A stretch of DNA of 64,000 bases. Origin: Abditibacterium sp. Its GTDB lineage: Bacteria; Armatimonadota; Abditibacteriia; Abditibacteriales; Abditibacteriaceae. The notes under the pieces were generated by a model, which was not told where the DNA came from, searched no databases, and was given only the letters and a program-made list of their open reading frames with translations. Position 1 is the stretch's first letter. Every line of letters starts with the position of its first letter. The stretch covers positions 1,376,001 through 1,440,000 of the forward strand of contig OZ251992.1 of NCBI GenBank assembly GCA_965246885.1. The letters run 5' to 3'. This document shows, in pieces, positions 45,946-57,602 of this stretch. The translations under genes and the position numbers were made by a program.

Positions 45946-47505
45946 CTACGCAGTTGCGGCCTCAGGTGTGGTTGCCGCGACGGGGGCGGGGGGTTCGGTT
46001 GCTCCCATTGGAGCCAGTTCGACGGAGGTTGGGGCAGCGCTGTTGCCATTTTGCAGAGCAGGCGCGGGGGCGGCGAGTTGGCCATAGCCGAAGTAGCTGC
46101 GTTCTTTGATCATGTGAGCGACGCCTTCGGGCACCATCGTTTCCCATGTGGCGTCGTTTTCGGCGATGCGGCGCAAGACGTCGCGCGAGAAGATGCCCAG
46201 ATAGTCGCGGTCGTAGAAGTCAATGGGCTGGATGGAGCCTTGCTCCAACAGGTGCGCGTAGAGGTTTTGCAAATGCGGCGCGACGCGCAGGCGCTGGGTG
46301 GTGACGAGGTGGTATTTGTCTTCGAGCAGGGGGTAGACGTAGAGGCGCAGGTCGTTTTTGAACAAGCGCCCGAAGGATTCGAGGATGCCGCCTTCCAAGT
46401 GCTCGTAGTATTTTTCGTCGAACAAGTCTCGTAGCGACGGGATGCCGAGGGCGAGGGCGATGTGCTTCTTGGTGTAACGCCCCAGATACTGGGCGAGGCG
46501 GTAGTATTCGATGTAGTCGCTAATCAGCACGGTGGCGCCGGTCGAAGCGACGAGTTCGCAGCGCGCGAGGAAGTCGTCCCAGTCCACGTCCTCTTCCATC
46601 ATCTCGCCGTTGGGCTTAGTCGCCAACTGCTTGAGCGTGATTTCAAACAAGACGATGGGGTTCGCGTCTTCTTCGCCCCAGTCGGCGACGAACTGGGCGC
46701 GCGCGCACTCCATCAAGTCCATGTTGACGTGCGTGACGGGGCGGAAACTGCCGCGCTCGACGACGACGGGGCGCTTATAGAGCACTTCGGAAGGCTGGAG
46801 AACCTCGCCGTCGGGCCGGAACATGGCGGCGTCGGTGAGGCCCAATTTGACGAGCTTGACGGCGGTGAGGCGGTGGTCGTGGTGTTGGAAGTCGGGGCCA
46901 GCGAAGTGGATCATGTCCATCTCGATGCGGTCGGTCGAAAGGTTATCGAGTAGCGATTTGAGAAAGGTGTCCACGCTTTGCCAATGGAAAAAGCAGGCGT
47001 AGCATAGGTTGATGCCGAAGATGCCCAAGGCTTCTTGCTGCGCGACGCGGTCGGTGTCGAGCATACGGACATGGACGAGGATGGTGTTCGGCTCGGCGTG
47101 CGGCTCGGTTTGAAACATGAGGCCCATCCAGCCGTGACACTCGTTGGTGCCCTTGAAGTTGCGGGTCGTGACCGTATCGGCGAACGCGAAGAACTCGGTC
47201 GCGTCGCCGCGCTTGGCGGCCAAGCGTTCGGTCAGCAGTTCGTATTCGTAGGAAAGCATCTTTTCCAAGCGGTCGCGCGACACGTAGCGATTGCACTCAC
47301 CGTAGATGGCGTCGGAGATCGTCATATCGTAGGCCGAAATGGACTTGGCGATGGTGTTGGCGGCGGCGCCGACGCGGAAAAACCAGCGCACGACTTCTTG
47401 GCCCGCGCCGATTTCGGCAAAGGTGCCGTACTTCTGGTTGGAAAGATTGATGTCGAGGGCTTTTTGGCCCGAAGCGAGCGAATCGCGCGCGATGGTGAAA
47501 TCCAT
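45946..47505 (-). CDS. Conserved protein of the nicotinate-nucleotide adenylyltransferase-like family (function uncertain)
   Basis: KALDINL..YGTFAEIGAGQEV, HGWMG, ERGSFRPVT, GGILESFGRLF, IFSRDVL. Confidence 0.7.
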   Translation of the reverse strand: MDFTIARDSLASGQKALDINLSNQKYGTFAEIGAGQEVVRWFFRVGAAANTIAKSISAYDMTISDAIYGECNRYVSRDRLEKMLSYEYELLTERLAAKRGDATEFFAFADTVTTRNFKGTNECHGWMGLMFQTEPHAEPNTILVHVRMLDTDRVAQQEALGIFGINLCYACFFHWQSVDTFLKSLLDNLSTDRIEMDMIHFAGPDFQHHDHRLTAVKLVKLGLTDAAMFRPDGEVLQPSEVLYKRPVVVERGSFRPVTHVNMDLMECARAQFVADWGEEDANPIVLFEITLKQLATKPNGEMMEEDVDWDDFLARCELVASTGATVLISDYIEYYRLAQYLGRYTKKHIALALGIPSLRDLFDEKYYEHLEGGILESFGRLFKNDLRLYVYPLLEDKYHLVTTQRLRVAPHLQNLYAHLLEQGSIQPIDFYDRDYLGIFSRDVLRRIAENDATWETMVPEGVAHMIKERSYFGYGQLAAPAPALQNGNSAAPTSVELAPMGATEPPAPVAATTPEAATA

Positions 47506-47547
47506 ACCTCAAGGTGTAGCACGCCAAGGTTACGGGATAATTAACAG

Positions 47548-48348
47548 ATGGAATTTTTGGGGCTGCGCTGTTGGGAGGGTGCCTTGCGCCACATGAAGGG
47601 CGCGCACGTTCACGCGGAAATCGAACTCAATCTGCTGCTTCAAGGCGAGACGGTGTATCTGTTCGGCGGGCGTTTGGTGCGAGTGCGCGCCGGTGAGTTG
47701 GCGCTGTTTTGGGCGGCGCTTCCGCACCAGATCATTGAGATCGCGCCCGAAACTCGCTTATTCTGGGCGACTTTGCCGCTCCCGGTCTTGCTCGGCTTTG
47801 GCATCGCCCCGCTTTCCAAGGCGCTGCTGCGCGGCGATTGGCTCCAAAGCGAAGCGCAACTTAACCTCGACGCCGCCCGCTTTGCCGCGTGGCAGGACGA
47901 CTTGGCGCGCGGCGACGAAGCCATTGCCCTCTTGGAAATCGAGGCGCGCTTGCGCCGCTTTGCGCGCGGCATTTCCGACGCGTCAACCGAGCCAACGGGT
48001 ATTCGCGCTTTCGTCACGCGCGCCGAATTGGGTCACATCGAAGCGATGGCGGCCTTTATCGCCGAAAATTACGCGCGCGACATCGCCTTGCCCGACATCG
48101 CGGGCGCCGTCAATTTGAACACTAATTACGCTTCCACCCTCTTCAAGCGCGAGTTTGGCGCGACGCTGGGCGATTATTTGCTCCGTACCCGCTTAGCGCA
48201 CGCGCAGAGGTTGCTCGTAAGCGGCGACCGCAAAATCGGTGAGGTGGGGCTTCTGTCCGGCTTCGGCTCGCCCGCGCGCTTTCACGCGGCCTTCAAAGAG
48301 AAAATCGGCGTTTCGCCGCGCGCTTACCGCGTGGCCAACCAAATTTAA
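47548..48348 (+). CDS. AraC family transcriptional regulator (MelR-like)
   Basis: HVHAEIELN, FWAALPH cupin; C-terminal HTH pair ending GFGSPARFHAAFK..GVSPRAYR. Confidence 0.92.
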   Translation: MEFLGLRCWEGALRHMKGAHVHAEIELNLLLQGETVYLFGGRLVRVRAGELALFWAALPHQIIEIAPETRLFWATLPLPVLLGFGIAPLSKALLRGDWLQSEAQLNLDAARFAAWQDDLARGDEAIALLEIEARLRRFARGISDASTEPTGIRAFVTRAELGHIEAMAAFIAENYARDIALPDIAGAVNLNTNYASTLFKREFGATLGDYLLRTRLAHAQRLLVSGDRKIGEVGLLSGFGSPARFHAAFKEKIGVSPRAYRVANQI

Positions 48349-48429
48349 CCCGCCCTTGAGCCGCCGGACGGATGCGCCCCTTTAAACTTTGCTAAACGGA
48401 AGGGCGCGCCGATAACGCGCCCGATATTT

Positions 48430-49353
48430 ATGTCTTCTCTTTCGTGCGATGTCGTTGTTGTGGGTTCGGCCAATATGGATATGACGGTGCGTTGCAAGCA
48501 CCTCCCGATTCCCGGCCAAACCATTTTGGGGGACGGCTTCGTCACCAACCCCGGCGGCAAGGGCGCCAACCAAGCCGTCGCTGCCGCCAAGTGCGGCGCT
48601 TCGACCGAACTTATCGCCCGCGTGGGCAACGGCATGTTCGTGCCGCGCTTTATGGAATCCTACGAACGGGTCGGCTTAGGGCATCAGCACGTCATCCGTG
48701 ATACGCAAACGCCGTCAGGAACGGCGCTTATCTTCGTGGACGATGACGGCGAGAACATGATCGTCGTCGCGCCCGGCGCCAACCAGAAGCTCTCCATCGC
48801 CGACGTGGACGCCGCACGCGAGTTAATTCAAAACGCGCAAGTGCTGATTTTGCAGTTGGAAGTGCCCCTTGAAACCGTCGTTCATGCCGCCGAACTCGCC
48901 AAAGAGTGCGGCTTGAAAGTCATTCTCAACCCCGCTCCGGTGCGCACCCTGCCACCCGCGCTGCTCGAAAACGTGGACATCATCGTCGCCAACGAAGTCG
49001 AAATCGCCATTCTCACGGGCGCAAAAGAAGTGGACACTTCCACCGCCGCGACCGCCTGTAAGCCGCTCCTCGACGCGGGCGTGGGCCATGTCATCACCAC
49101 GCTCGGCAAGGACGGCGCCATTATCACGGGGGGCGACGGTGCGACCAAAGTGCGCGGCTTCCGGGTCAACGCCATTGACACCACGAGTGCCGGAGACACT
49201 TTCGTCGGTGCCCTCGCCTGTGCCCTGACCGAAGGCAAAGCCCTCGAAGACGCGACCCTCTTCGCCAACGCCGCCGCCGCCCTCACCTGCACCAAACGCG
49301 GCGCCCAACAAGCCATGCCCACGCGGGAAGAAGTGGACGAGATGTTGTCGTAA
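48430..49353 (+). CDS. rbsK: Ribokinase
   Basis: VVGSANMD, GGKGANQAVAAA, LNPAP, NEVE, DTTSAGDTFVG. Confidence 0.92.
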   Translation: MSSLSCDVVVVGSANMDMTVRCKHLPIPGQTILGDGFVTNPGGKGANQAVAAAKCGASTELIARVGNGMFVPRFMESYERVGLGHQHVIRDTQTPSGTALIFVDDDGENMIVVAPGANQKLSIADVDAARELIQNAQVLILQLEVPLETVVHAAELAKECGLKVILNPAPVRTLPPALLENVDIIVANEVEIAILTGAKEVDTSTAATACKPLLDAGVGHVITTLGKDGAIITGGDGATKVRGFRVNAIDTTSAGDTFVGALACALTEGKALEDATLFANAAAALTCTKRGAQQAMPTREEVDEMLS

Positions 49354-49370
49354 AGCGCTCAAATCACCCA

Positions 49371-49494
49371 TGCCCAGCGACTGAAGTCGCGGGCAACTCA
49401 CGGCAAAGCCTCCCTTCGGAGGCCATAGGCTTGCGCCTGAAGTCGGCGCAGGCCGACTTCGCTATGGGTTGCCCGCGACTTCAGTCGCTGGGCA
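49371..49494. repeat. REPIN-like element (GTTG-CCCGCGAC-TTCA-GTCGCTGGG), 27-bp perfect arms with internal hairpins
   Basis: tgcccagcgactgaagtcgcgggcaac / gttgcccgcgacttcagtcgctgggca; internal gcctcc-cttc-ggaggc and gaagtcggc-gcag-gccgacttc. Confidence 0.93.
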
Positions 49495-49514
49495 AAAAGG
49501 TCAAACTCCACCCA

Positions 49515-50402
49515 ATGAAAGTCATCCCCATCGAAGCCCGCCCCGGTGACGCCGAGTACGCGCGCGAACTGTGCGAAAGCCTCGAACGCGACAACATCCT
49601 GCTCCTTTCGCCCACGCCCTACTTTCCCTCCGCCGAGGATGGCGAGTTCTTGCGCGGGCAAAAGCAGGTCAAGGGCAGCCAGCACAAAAACATCGCCTAC
49701 AAGCCGCACCTCGACAAAACGAGCGGCCTCGAAGAGCGCAGCCCCGAAGATTCGGCGCGCTTGCATCGCATCATGGCGGCGTATTCCAAGGGCGCTCTCG
49801 CCACTTTGGGCGCGCTGTTTCCCGCCTACGCCGCGAAGTGGAAGGTGGACTACGCGAGTTTTCGCCCCGTTGAAGAGCAGGGCCGCGACCTCCCGCTCAA
49901 CGCGCGCAACGACCTGATGCACGTGGACGCCTTTCCGTCGCGCCCCACGCACGGCGGACGCATCTTGCGCGCTTTTACTAACCTCCACCCCGAAAAGCCG
50001 CGCGTGTGGGGCACCGCCGACCACTTCTCCATTCTGGCTGAGCGTTACGCCAAAGACGCCGGACTCGACAAAGCGGGAACATCGGGCGGCGGTTTGCGCG
50101 GCGCCGTTCGCAAACTCATCGGCCAGCCCGACCGCTCGGCTTACGATGAGTTCATGCTCGGCTTTCACCACTTTCTCAAAGCCAACGACGACTTCCAGCA
50201 GAACGGCGTGCGCGACGAATCGCCCTTTCCGCCCGGCTCGACGTGGATTTGCTTTACCGACGGCATCGCCCACCGCGCCTCATCGGGCCAATACGCCCTC
50301 GAACAAACCTGCATCGTGCCCTTCGACGCCCTCCTCCTACCAGAAGCCGCGCCCATCTCGATTCTGGAAACCCTTGCCGGACGGCAACTGTCCGCGCGGT
50401 GA
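49515..50402 (+). CDS. Kdo hydroxylase (KdoO)-family 2OG-Fe(II) dioxygenase
   Basis: KNIAY, SFRP, HVDAFPSRPT.G.RILRAFTN, YDEFMLGFH..LK, FPPGSTWICFTD..HRASSGQYALEQT. Confidence 0.85.
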   Translation: MKVIPIEARPGDAEYARELCESLERDNILLLSPTPYFPSAEDGEFLRGQKQVKGSQHKNIAYKPHLDKTSGLEERSPEDSARLHRIMAAYSKGALATLGALFPAYAAKWKVDYASFRPVEEQGRDLPLNARNDLMHVDAFPSRPTHGGRILRAFTNLHPEKPRVWGTADHFSILAERYAKDAGLDKAGTSGGGLRGAVRKLIGQPDRSAYDEFMLGFHHFLKANDDFQQNGVRDESPFPPGSTWICFTDGIAHRASSGQYALEQTCIVPFDALLLPEAAPISILETLAGRQLSAR

Positions 50403-50417
50403 AGCCACACTGAGAGC

Positions 50418-51812
50418 ATGAATTACTTCGACCTGACTCCGCGCCAGATAGTCGCCGAGTTGGACAAGCACATCGTCGGGCAAAACGCGGCCAAGCGCGC
50501 TGTCGCGGTCGCGCTGCGCAATCGCTGGCGGCGCGAGCAACTCGCGCCAGAACAGCGCGCCGCCATCTCGCCCAAGAATATCCTGATGATCGGGCCGACT
50601 GGCGTCGGCAAGACCGAAATCGCCCGCCGTTTGGCGCAAGTCGCGGGCGCGCCGCTTCTCAAAATCGAGGCGACCAAGTTCACCGAAGTCGGCTACGTCG
50701 GGCGCGACGTGGACGCCATCGCCCGCGATTTGGTCGAGGTCGCCATCCGCATGGTCGAGCGCGAAAAGCTGGACGACCTGCGGCCCCGCGCCGCCGCTCA
50801 CGCCCGCGAACGGCTCCTCGAACTGCTCGCGCCCATGCCGCAATCGAGCACGCCCAACCCCTTCGCTCCCGGCTTCCCCAACCTGTTCGGCCAAAATGCG
50901 CCGACGGAAACCGACCGCTCCGCGCGCGACACTTCGACCCGCCTACGCGAACGCATGGCCACGAAGTTGGACGCGGGCGAATTAGAAAACGCCGAAGTCG
51001 AAATCGAAACCGAAGAAAAGCGCGCGTCCAACGGCTTCCTGTTCGGGCCGGGATTCGAGGAAATCAGCGTCGAAATGCAGCAGGCGCTCGGCCCGATGAT
51101 GGGCGGCGCGCGCAAAAAGCGGCGCCTCAAGGTTTCCGACGCCCGCGCTCTTTTGGAAGCGCAAGAAGGCGACAAGCTGCTCGACCGCGACGCCATCGCA
51201 AGCGAGGCCATCGAGCGCGCCCAGAATCGCGGCATCGTCTTCTTGGACGAGATAGACAAAATCGCCGGACGCTCCGAAGGCGGCAGTCCCAACGTGTCGC
51301 GCGAGGGCGTGCAACGCGACCTGTTGCCCCTCGTCGAGGGCGCGACCGTCAACACCAAACACGGCCCCGTCAAAACCGACGGCGTGCTGTTCATCGCGGC
51401 GGGCGCGTTCTCCCTCTCGAAGCCGAGCGACCTCATCCCCGAACTGCAAGGCCGCTTCCCCGTCCGCGTCGAATTGGAAGCGCTGAACGAAAACGACCTC
51501 AAGCGCATCCTGACGGAACCCCAAGACTCGCTCCTGCGCCAATACGTCGCGCTGCTTTCCGCCGATGGCGTCGAGTTGCAATGGACGCCCGACGCGACCG
51601 ACGAAATCGCCCGCCTCGCTGCCCAGGTCAACGCCGACGGCGAAAACATCGGCGCCCGCCGCCTCCATACCCTTTTGGAACAAGTCTTGGGCGACCTCGC
51701 CTTTGAAGCCCCCGAAAACGCGCGCGGCCTCGTCCAAATAGACGCCCTCGCCGTCCGCGCCCGCCTTTCGCACTTAGTGTCGGACGACGATTTGAGCCGC
51801 TTGATGTTGTAA
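50418..51812 (+). CDS. hslU: ATP-dependent protease ATPase subunit HslU
   Basis: PKNILMIGPTGVGKTEIARRLA, EATKFTEVGYVG, VFLDEIDKI, SREGVQRDLLP, ENIGARRLHT. Confidence 0.96.
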   Translation: MNYFDLTPRQIVAELDKHIVGQNAAKRAVAVALRNRWRREQLAPEQRAAISPKNILMIGPTGVGKTEIARRLAQVAGAPLLKIEATKFTEVGYVGRDVDAIARDLVEVAIRMVEREKLDDLRPRAAAHARERLLELLAPMPQSSTPNPFAPGFPNLFGQNAPTETDRSARDTSTRLRERMATKLDAGELENAEVEIETEEKRASNGFLFGPGFEEISVEMQQALGPMMGGARKKRRLKVSDARALLEAQEGDKLLDRDAIASEAIERAQNRGIVFLDEIDKIAGRSEGGSPNVSREGVQRDLLPLVEGATVNTKHGPVKTDGVLFIAAGAFSLSKPSDLIPELQGRFPVRVELEALNENDLKRILTEPQDSLLRQYVALLSADGVELQWTPDATDEIARLAAQVNADGENIGARRLHTLLEQVLGDLAFEAPENARGLVQIDALAVRARLSHLVSDDDLSRLML

Positions 51813-51824
51813 GGGGCGGGCGAA

Positions 51825-52550
51825 TCAGCCGCGCCCCAACGCCGCACAGAAATCGCACCACGCTTCGAGTTCGCGGGCGTCGTCACCCATGTCGTCCACT
51901 TGCACCGAAAGCGAATTGGGCCGCGCATCAATGCGCACCGACACTTTGGCGCGGCGAGTACGGGGAAGTGTTTCTACCCATGCCAAGAATCGATATTGGG
52001 TTTCTTCCGGGAGCAGGGCGTTGACTTGCGTGGGAGAAGAAACGGCGACGATCATCGCCCACTCATCCAATTCAGGGAATCCAAAGCTGACGACGCTCAT
52101 ATTCTGCACGGCTTGACGCATCGACTTGGCGAGTTCCCTCATGCCCAATACTCTGAAAATAGTCGCCACTTCTCTCCCCAGTCGACCATTGGCGGATTCA
52201 ACAGTGTCTTTGAGGTTGCTCTTCTGGGCCAAGAGGAGGCTTGCGGTTAACTCAAGGTGGGCAAGCAGTCGCCATTGGTATTGGGTTTTGTAGATTACCT
52301 CCGGTTGCCCCCGCCCGTCGGATTTGACCAATTCTCTAACTTTAAGTTCCCACCCGCGCGTTGCCGCCAGCTCGCGGGCGAGTATTGCCTTTTCTTCGGG
52401 GGCATGGCGCGAGATGAAACCGCTCGCTTTGACCCAAGCATTGATTGCCGCGTGTTCGCGGGCGCCCGCCGCCTCTTTTTCGGAGAGATGGGGCGGATTG
52501 CGACCGTAGGGAACGCCCAAAGCACGCATTAGGGTAGGAAGAAAGGACAT
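51825..52550 (-). CDS. Hypothetical protein
   Basis: 241-aa ORF filling the gap between lacZ and hslU; visibly AT-richer; no motif recognised. Confidence 0.6.
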   Translation of the reverse strand: MSFLPTLMRALGVPYGRNPPHLSEKEAAGAREHAAINAWVKASGFISRHAPEEKAILARELAATRGWELKVRELVKSDGRGQPEVIYKTQYQWRLLAHLELTASLLLAQKSNLKDTVESANGRLGREVATIFRVLGMRELAKSMRQAVQNMSVVSFGFPELDEWAMIVAVSSPTQVNALLPEETQYRFLAWVETLPRTRRAKVSVRIDARPNSLSVQVDDMGDDARELEAWCDFCAALGRG

Positions 52551-52571
52551 GGTGGGATGTGCGGGAGTGCC

Positions 52572-55694
<3,123 letters not shown>

Positions 55695-55705
55695 TTAAGG
55701 GAACA

Positions 55706-56137
55706 ATGCAAACCTCCATTGAAGAACGCGCCGACGAATTAGCCGAAGAGTTCGGCTTCTTCGATGACCGCGCCGACCAGATCGAGTATTTGATAGACCT
55801 CGGAAAGCGCTTGCCGCCGCTCCCCGAAGCGCAAAAGGTGGAGGGGAACTTGGTTCACGGCTGCGCTTCGCAGGTGTGGGTGACGGCTTTTGTCGAGGCG
55901 GACGGGGGACAGCCCCTTGTGCGGTTCCAAGCGGACTCCAACTCGAAACTCACGCGCGGCATCATCGGCCTATTGCACCGCCTATACGATGGTCAGCCCC
56001 CCGCCGCCATTCTCGCTTACGACATCGAGCCGCTCATGGAGCGCCTTCATCTCGACCAGTGGGTTACGGCAGGCAGGCGCAACGGCTTGGCGGGAATGGT
56101 CGTCCGTATCAAGACCTTGGCCGCGCAAAACGCCTGA
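55706..56137 (+). CDS. sufE: SufE family Fe-S assembly protein
   Basis: YLIDLGKRLP, VHGCASQVW, ADS, RRNGL. Confidence 0.9.
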   Translation: MQTSIEERADELAEEFGFFDDRADQIEYLIDLGKRLPPLPEAQKVEGNLVHGCASQVWVTAFVEADGGQPLVRFQADSNSKLTRGIIGLLHRLYDGQPPAAILAYDIEPLMERLHLDQWVTAGRRNGLAGMVVRIKTLAAQNA

Positions 56138-56146
56138 GCAACCACT

Positions 56147-56566
56147 ATGAGCAACTTCATTCCCGCCGAAAGCCTTTTGCAATCGGCCCTGCAAAGCGAC
56201 GACGAACACCCGATGGACGAGCCGACCTTCGCGCCTTCTAACAAGGGCTTGGGGCCAAAAGAAACAGTCCTGTTCGAGCGCGTCAAGGATGCCCTGCGCG
56301 ACATCTACGATCCCGAAATCCCCGTCAACATCTACGAGTTAGGCCTCATCTACGACATCGCCGTCAACCATCTGGGCGAGGTTTATATCCGTATGACGCT
56401 CACCAGCCCCGCGTGCCCCGTCGCCGGAACGCTCCCCGGCGAAATCGAAGCGCGCGTCATGGCCATCCCGGAAGTGACCGAGTGCACCGCCGAAGTCGTG
56501 TGGGAGCCGACGTATTCGATGAACATGATGAGCGAATCCGCGCGGCTGCAACTGGGCCTGCTGTAA
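56147..56566 (+). CDS. sufT: DUF59 / SufT Fe-S cluster maturation protein
   Basis: IYDPEIPVNIYELGLIY, MTLTSPACPVA. Confidence 0.9.
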   Translation: MSNFIPAESLLQSALQSDDEHPMDEPTFAPSNKGLGPKETVLFERVKDALRDIYDPEIPVNIYELGLIYDIAVNHLGEVYIRMTLTSPACPVAGTLPGEIEARVMAIPEVTECTAEVVWEPTYSMNMMSESARLQLGLL

Positions 56567-56569
56567 CAG

Positions 56570-57544
56570 TCAACCGCCAATCGAAACCATATCTTTGGCC
56601 GAGTGAAGCGGGATAACGTCGTTCATGCGGTGCCCCGCCCATTTGAGGCCCGCCGCTTCGTGGAAGGCGGCAGTTAACTCCGCGTCGCTCGCCCCGCCGC
56701 GCAACAAGCGGCGCACGTCCACTTCGGCGTCTTGGTGCAAGCAGGGGCGTAGGCCGCCTTGGGCGGTCAGTCTCATGCGGTTGCACGTCGCGCAAAAGTG
56801 GTCGCTCATCGAGGAGATGAAGCCGACGCGCGCGCCGCTTCTTTGGCAGCGCCACATTTTCGCGGGGTCGTTGCCGGCATTGTCTTCGGGCGCGAGGTCA
56901 AAGCGTTCGCGCAACCGGGCCAACATTTCGCGCCAAGGGACGGTCAGGTTGCTGCCTCGCCCCGTTTCGCCCATTGGCATCCACTCGATGAAGCGCATCG
57001 GCGCGCCGTTGTCGTGCGCGAAAGCGAGCAGGTCGCCCAGTTCGTCGTCGTTCCAGCCGCGCATCACGACGGCGTTGAACTTGAGGCTCAGCCCAACGGC
57101 GCGCGCCGCTTCGATGCCCCTTTGCACCCGGCTCCATTCGTCGCGCCGCGCGATGCGCGCCGCCTTGTCGCGGTCGAGCGTGTCGAGCGACACATTCAGC
57201 CGCGCCATCCCCGCCTCTTTGAGCGGCGCCGCTAACTCATCCAGCAACACCGCGTTCGTCGTCATGGCAATCTCCTCAATGCCGGGAACGGCGGCGAGCA
57301 TCCCCACCAAGCGCGGCAAGTCGCGCCGAACCGTCGGCTCGCCGCCCGTTAACCGAATCTTTCGCAAGCCTAAATGCGCTCCCACTTCGACCACGCGCGC
57401 AATCTCCTCGAACGACAACAACTCGTCGCGCGGCGCAATCGCAACGCCCTCGGCGGGCATGCAGTACACGCAGCGAAAGTTGCACCGGTCAGTCACGGAC
57501 ACGCGCAGGTAAGAAATGAGGCGGGCGAAGCGGTCTTGGAGCAT
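56570..57544 (-). CDS. moaA: GTP 3',8-cyclase MoaA
   Basis: YLRVSVTDRCNFRCVYCMP, RLTGGEP, FCATCNRMRLT..G.LRPCL, C-terminal IGG. Confidence 0.96.
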   Translation of the reverse strand: MLQDRFARLISYLRVSVTDRCNFRCVYCMPAEGVAIAPRDELLSFEEIARVVEVGAHLGLRKIRLTGGEPTVRRDLPRLVGMLAAVPGIEEIAMTTNAVLLDELAAPLKEAGMARLNVSLDTLDRDKAARIARRDEWSRVQRGIEAARAVGLSLKFNAVVMRGWNDDELGDLLAFAHDNGAPMRFIEWMPMGETGRGSNLTVPWREMLARLRERFDLAPEDNAGNDPAKMWRCQRSGARVGFISSMSDHFCATCNRMRLTAQGGLRPCLHQDAEVDVRRLLRGGASDAELTAAFHEAAGLKWAGHRMNDVIPLHSAKDMVSIGG

Positions 57545-57602
57545 GGAGGTTCTATTTTCGTAGGATGAAGTATGAGGTGCTTGGAGTTGCCAAACTCCAC
57601 TC

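Noticed and set aside
50418..51812. hslU without adjacent hslV
   Set aside because: Split hslUV occurs in various bacteria and hslV may be elsewhere in the genome
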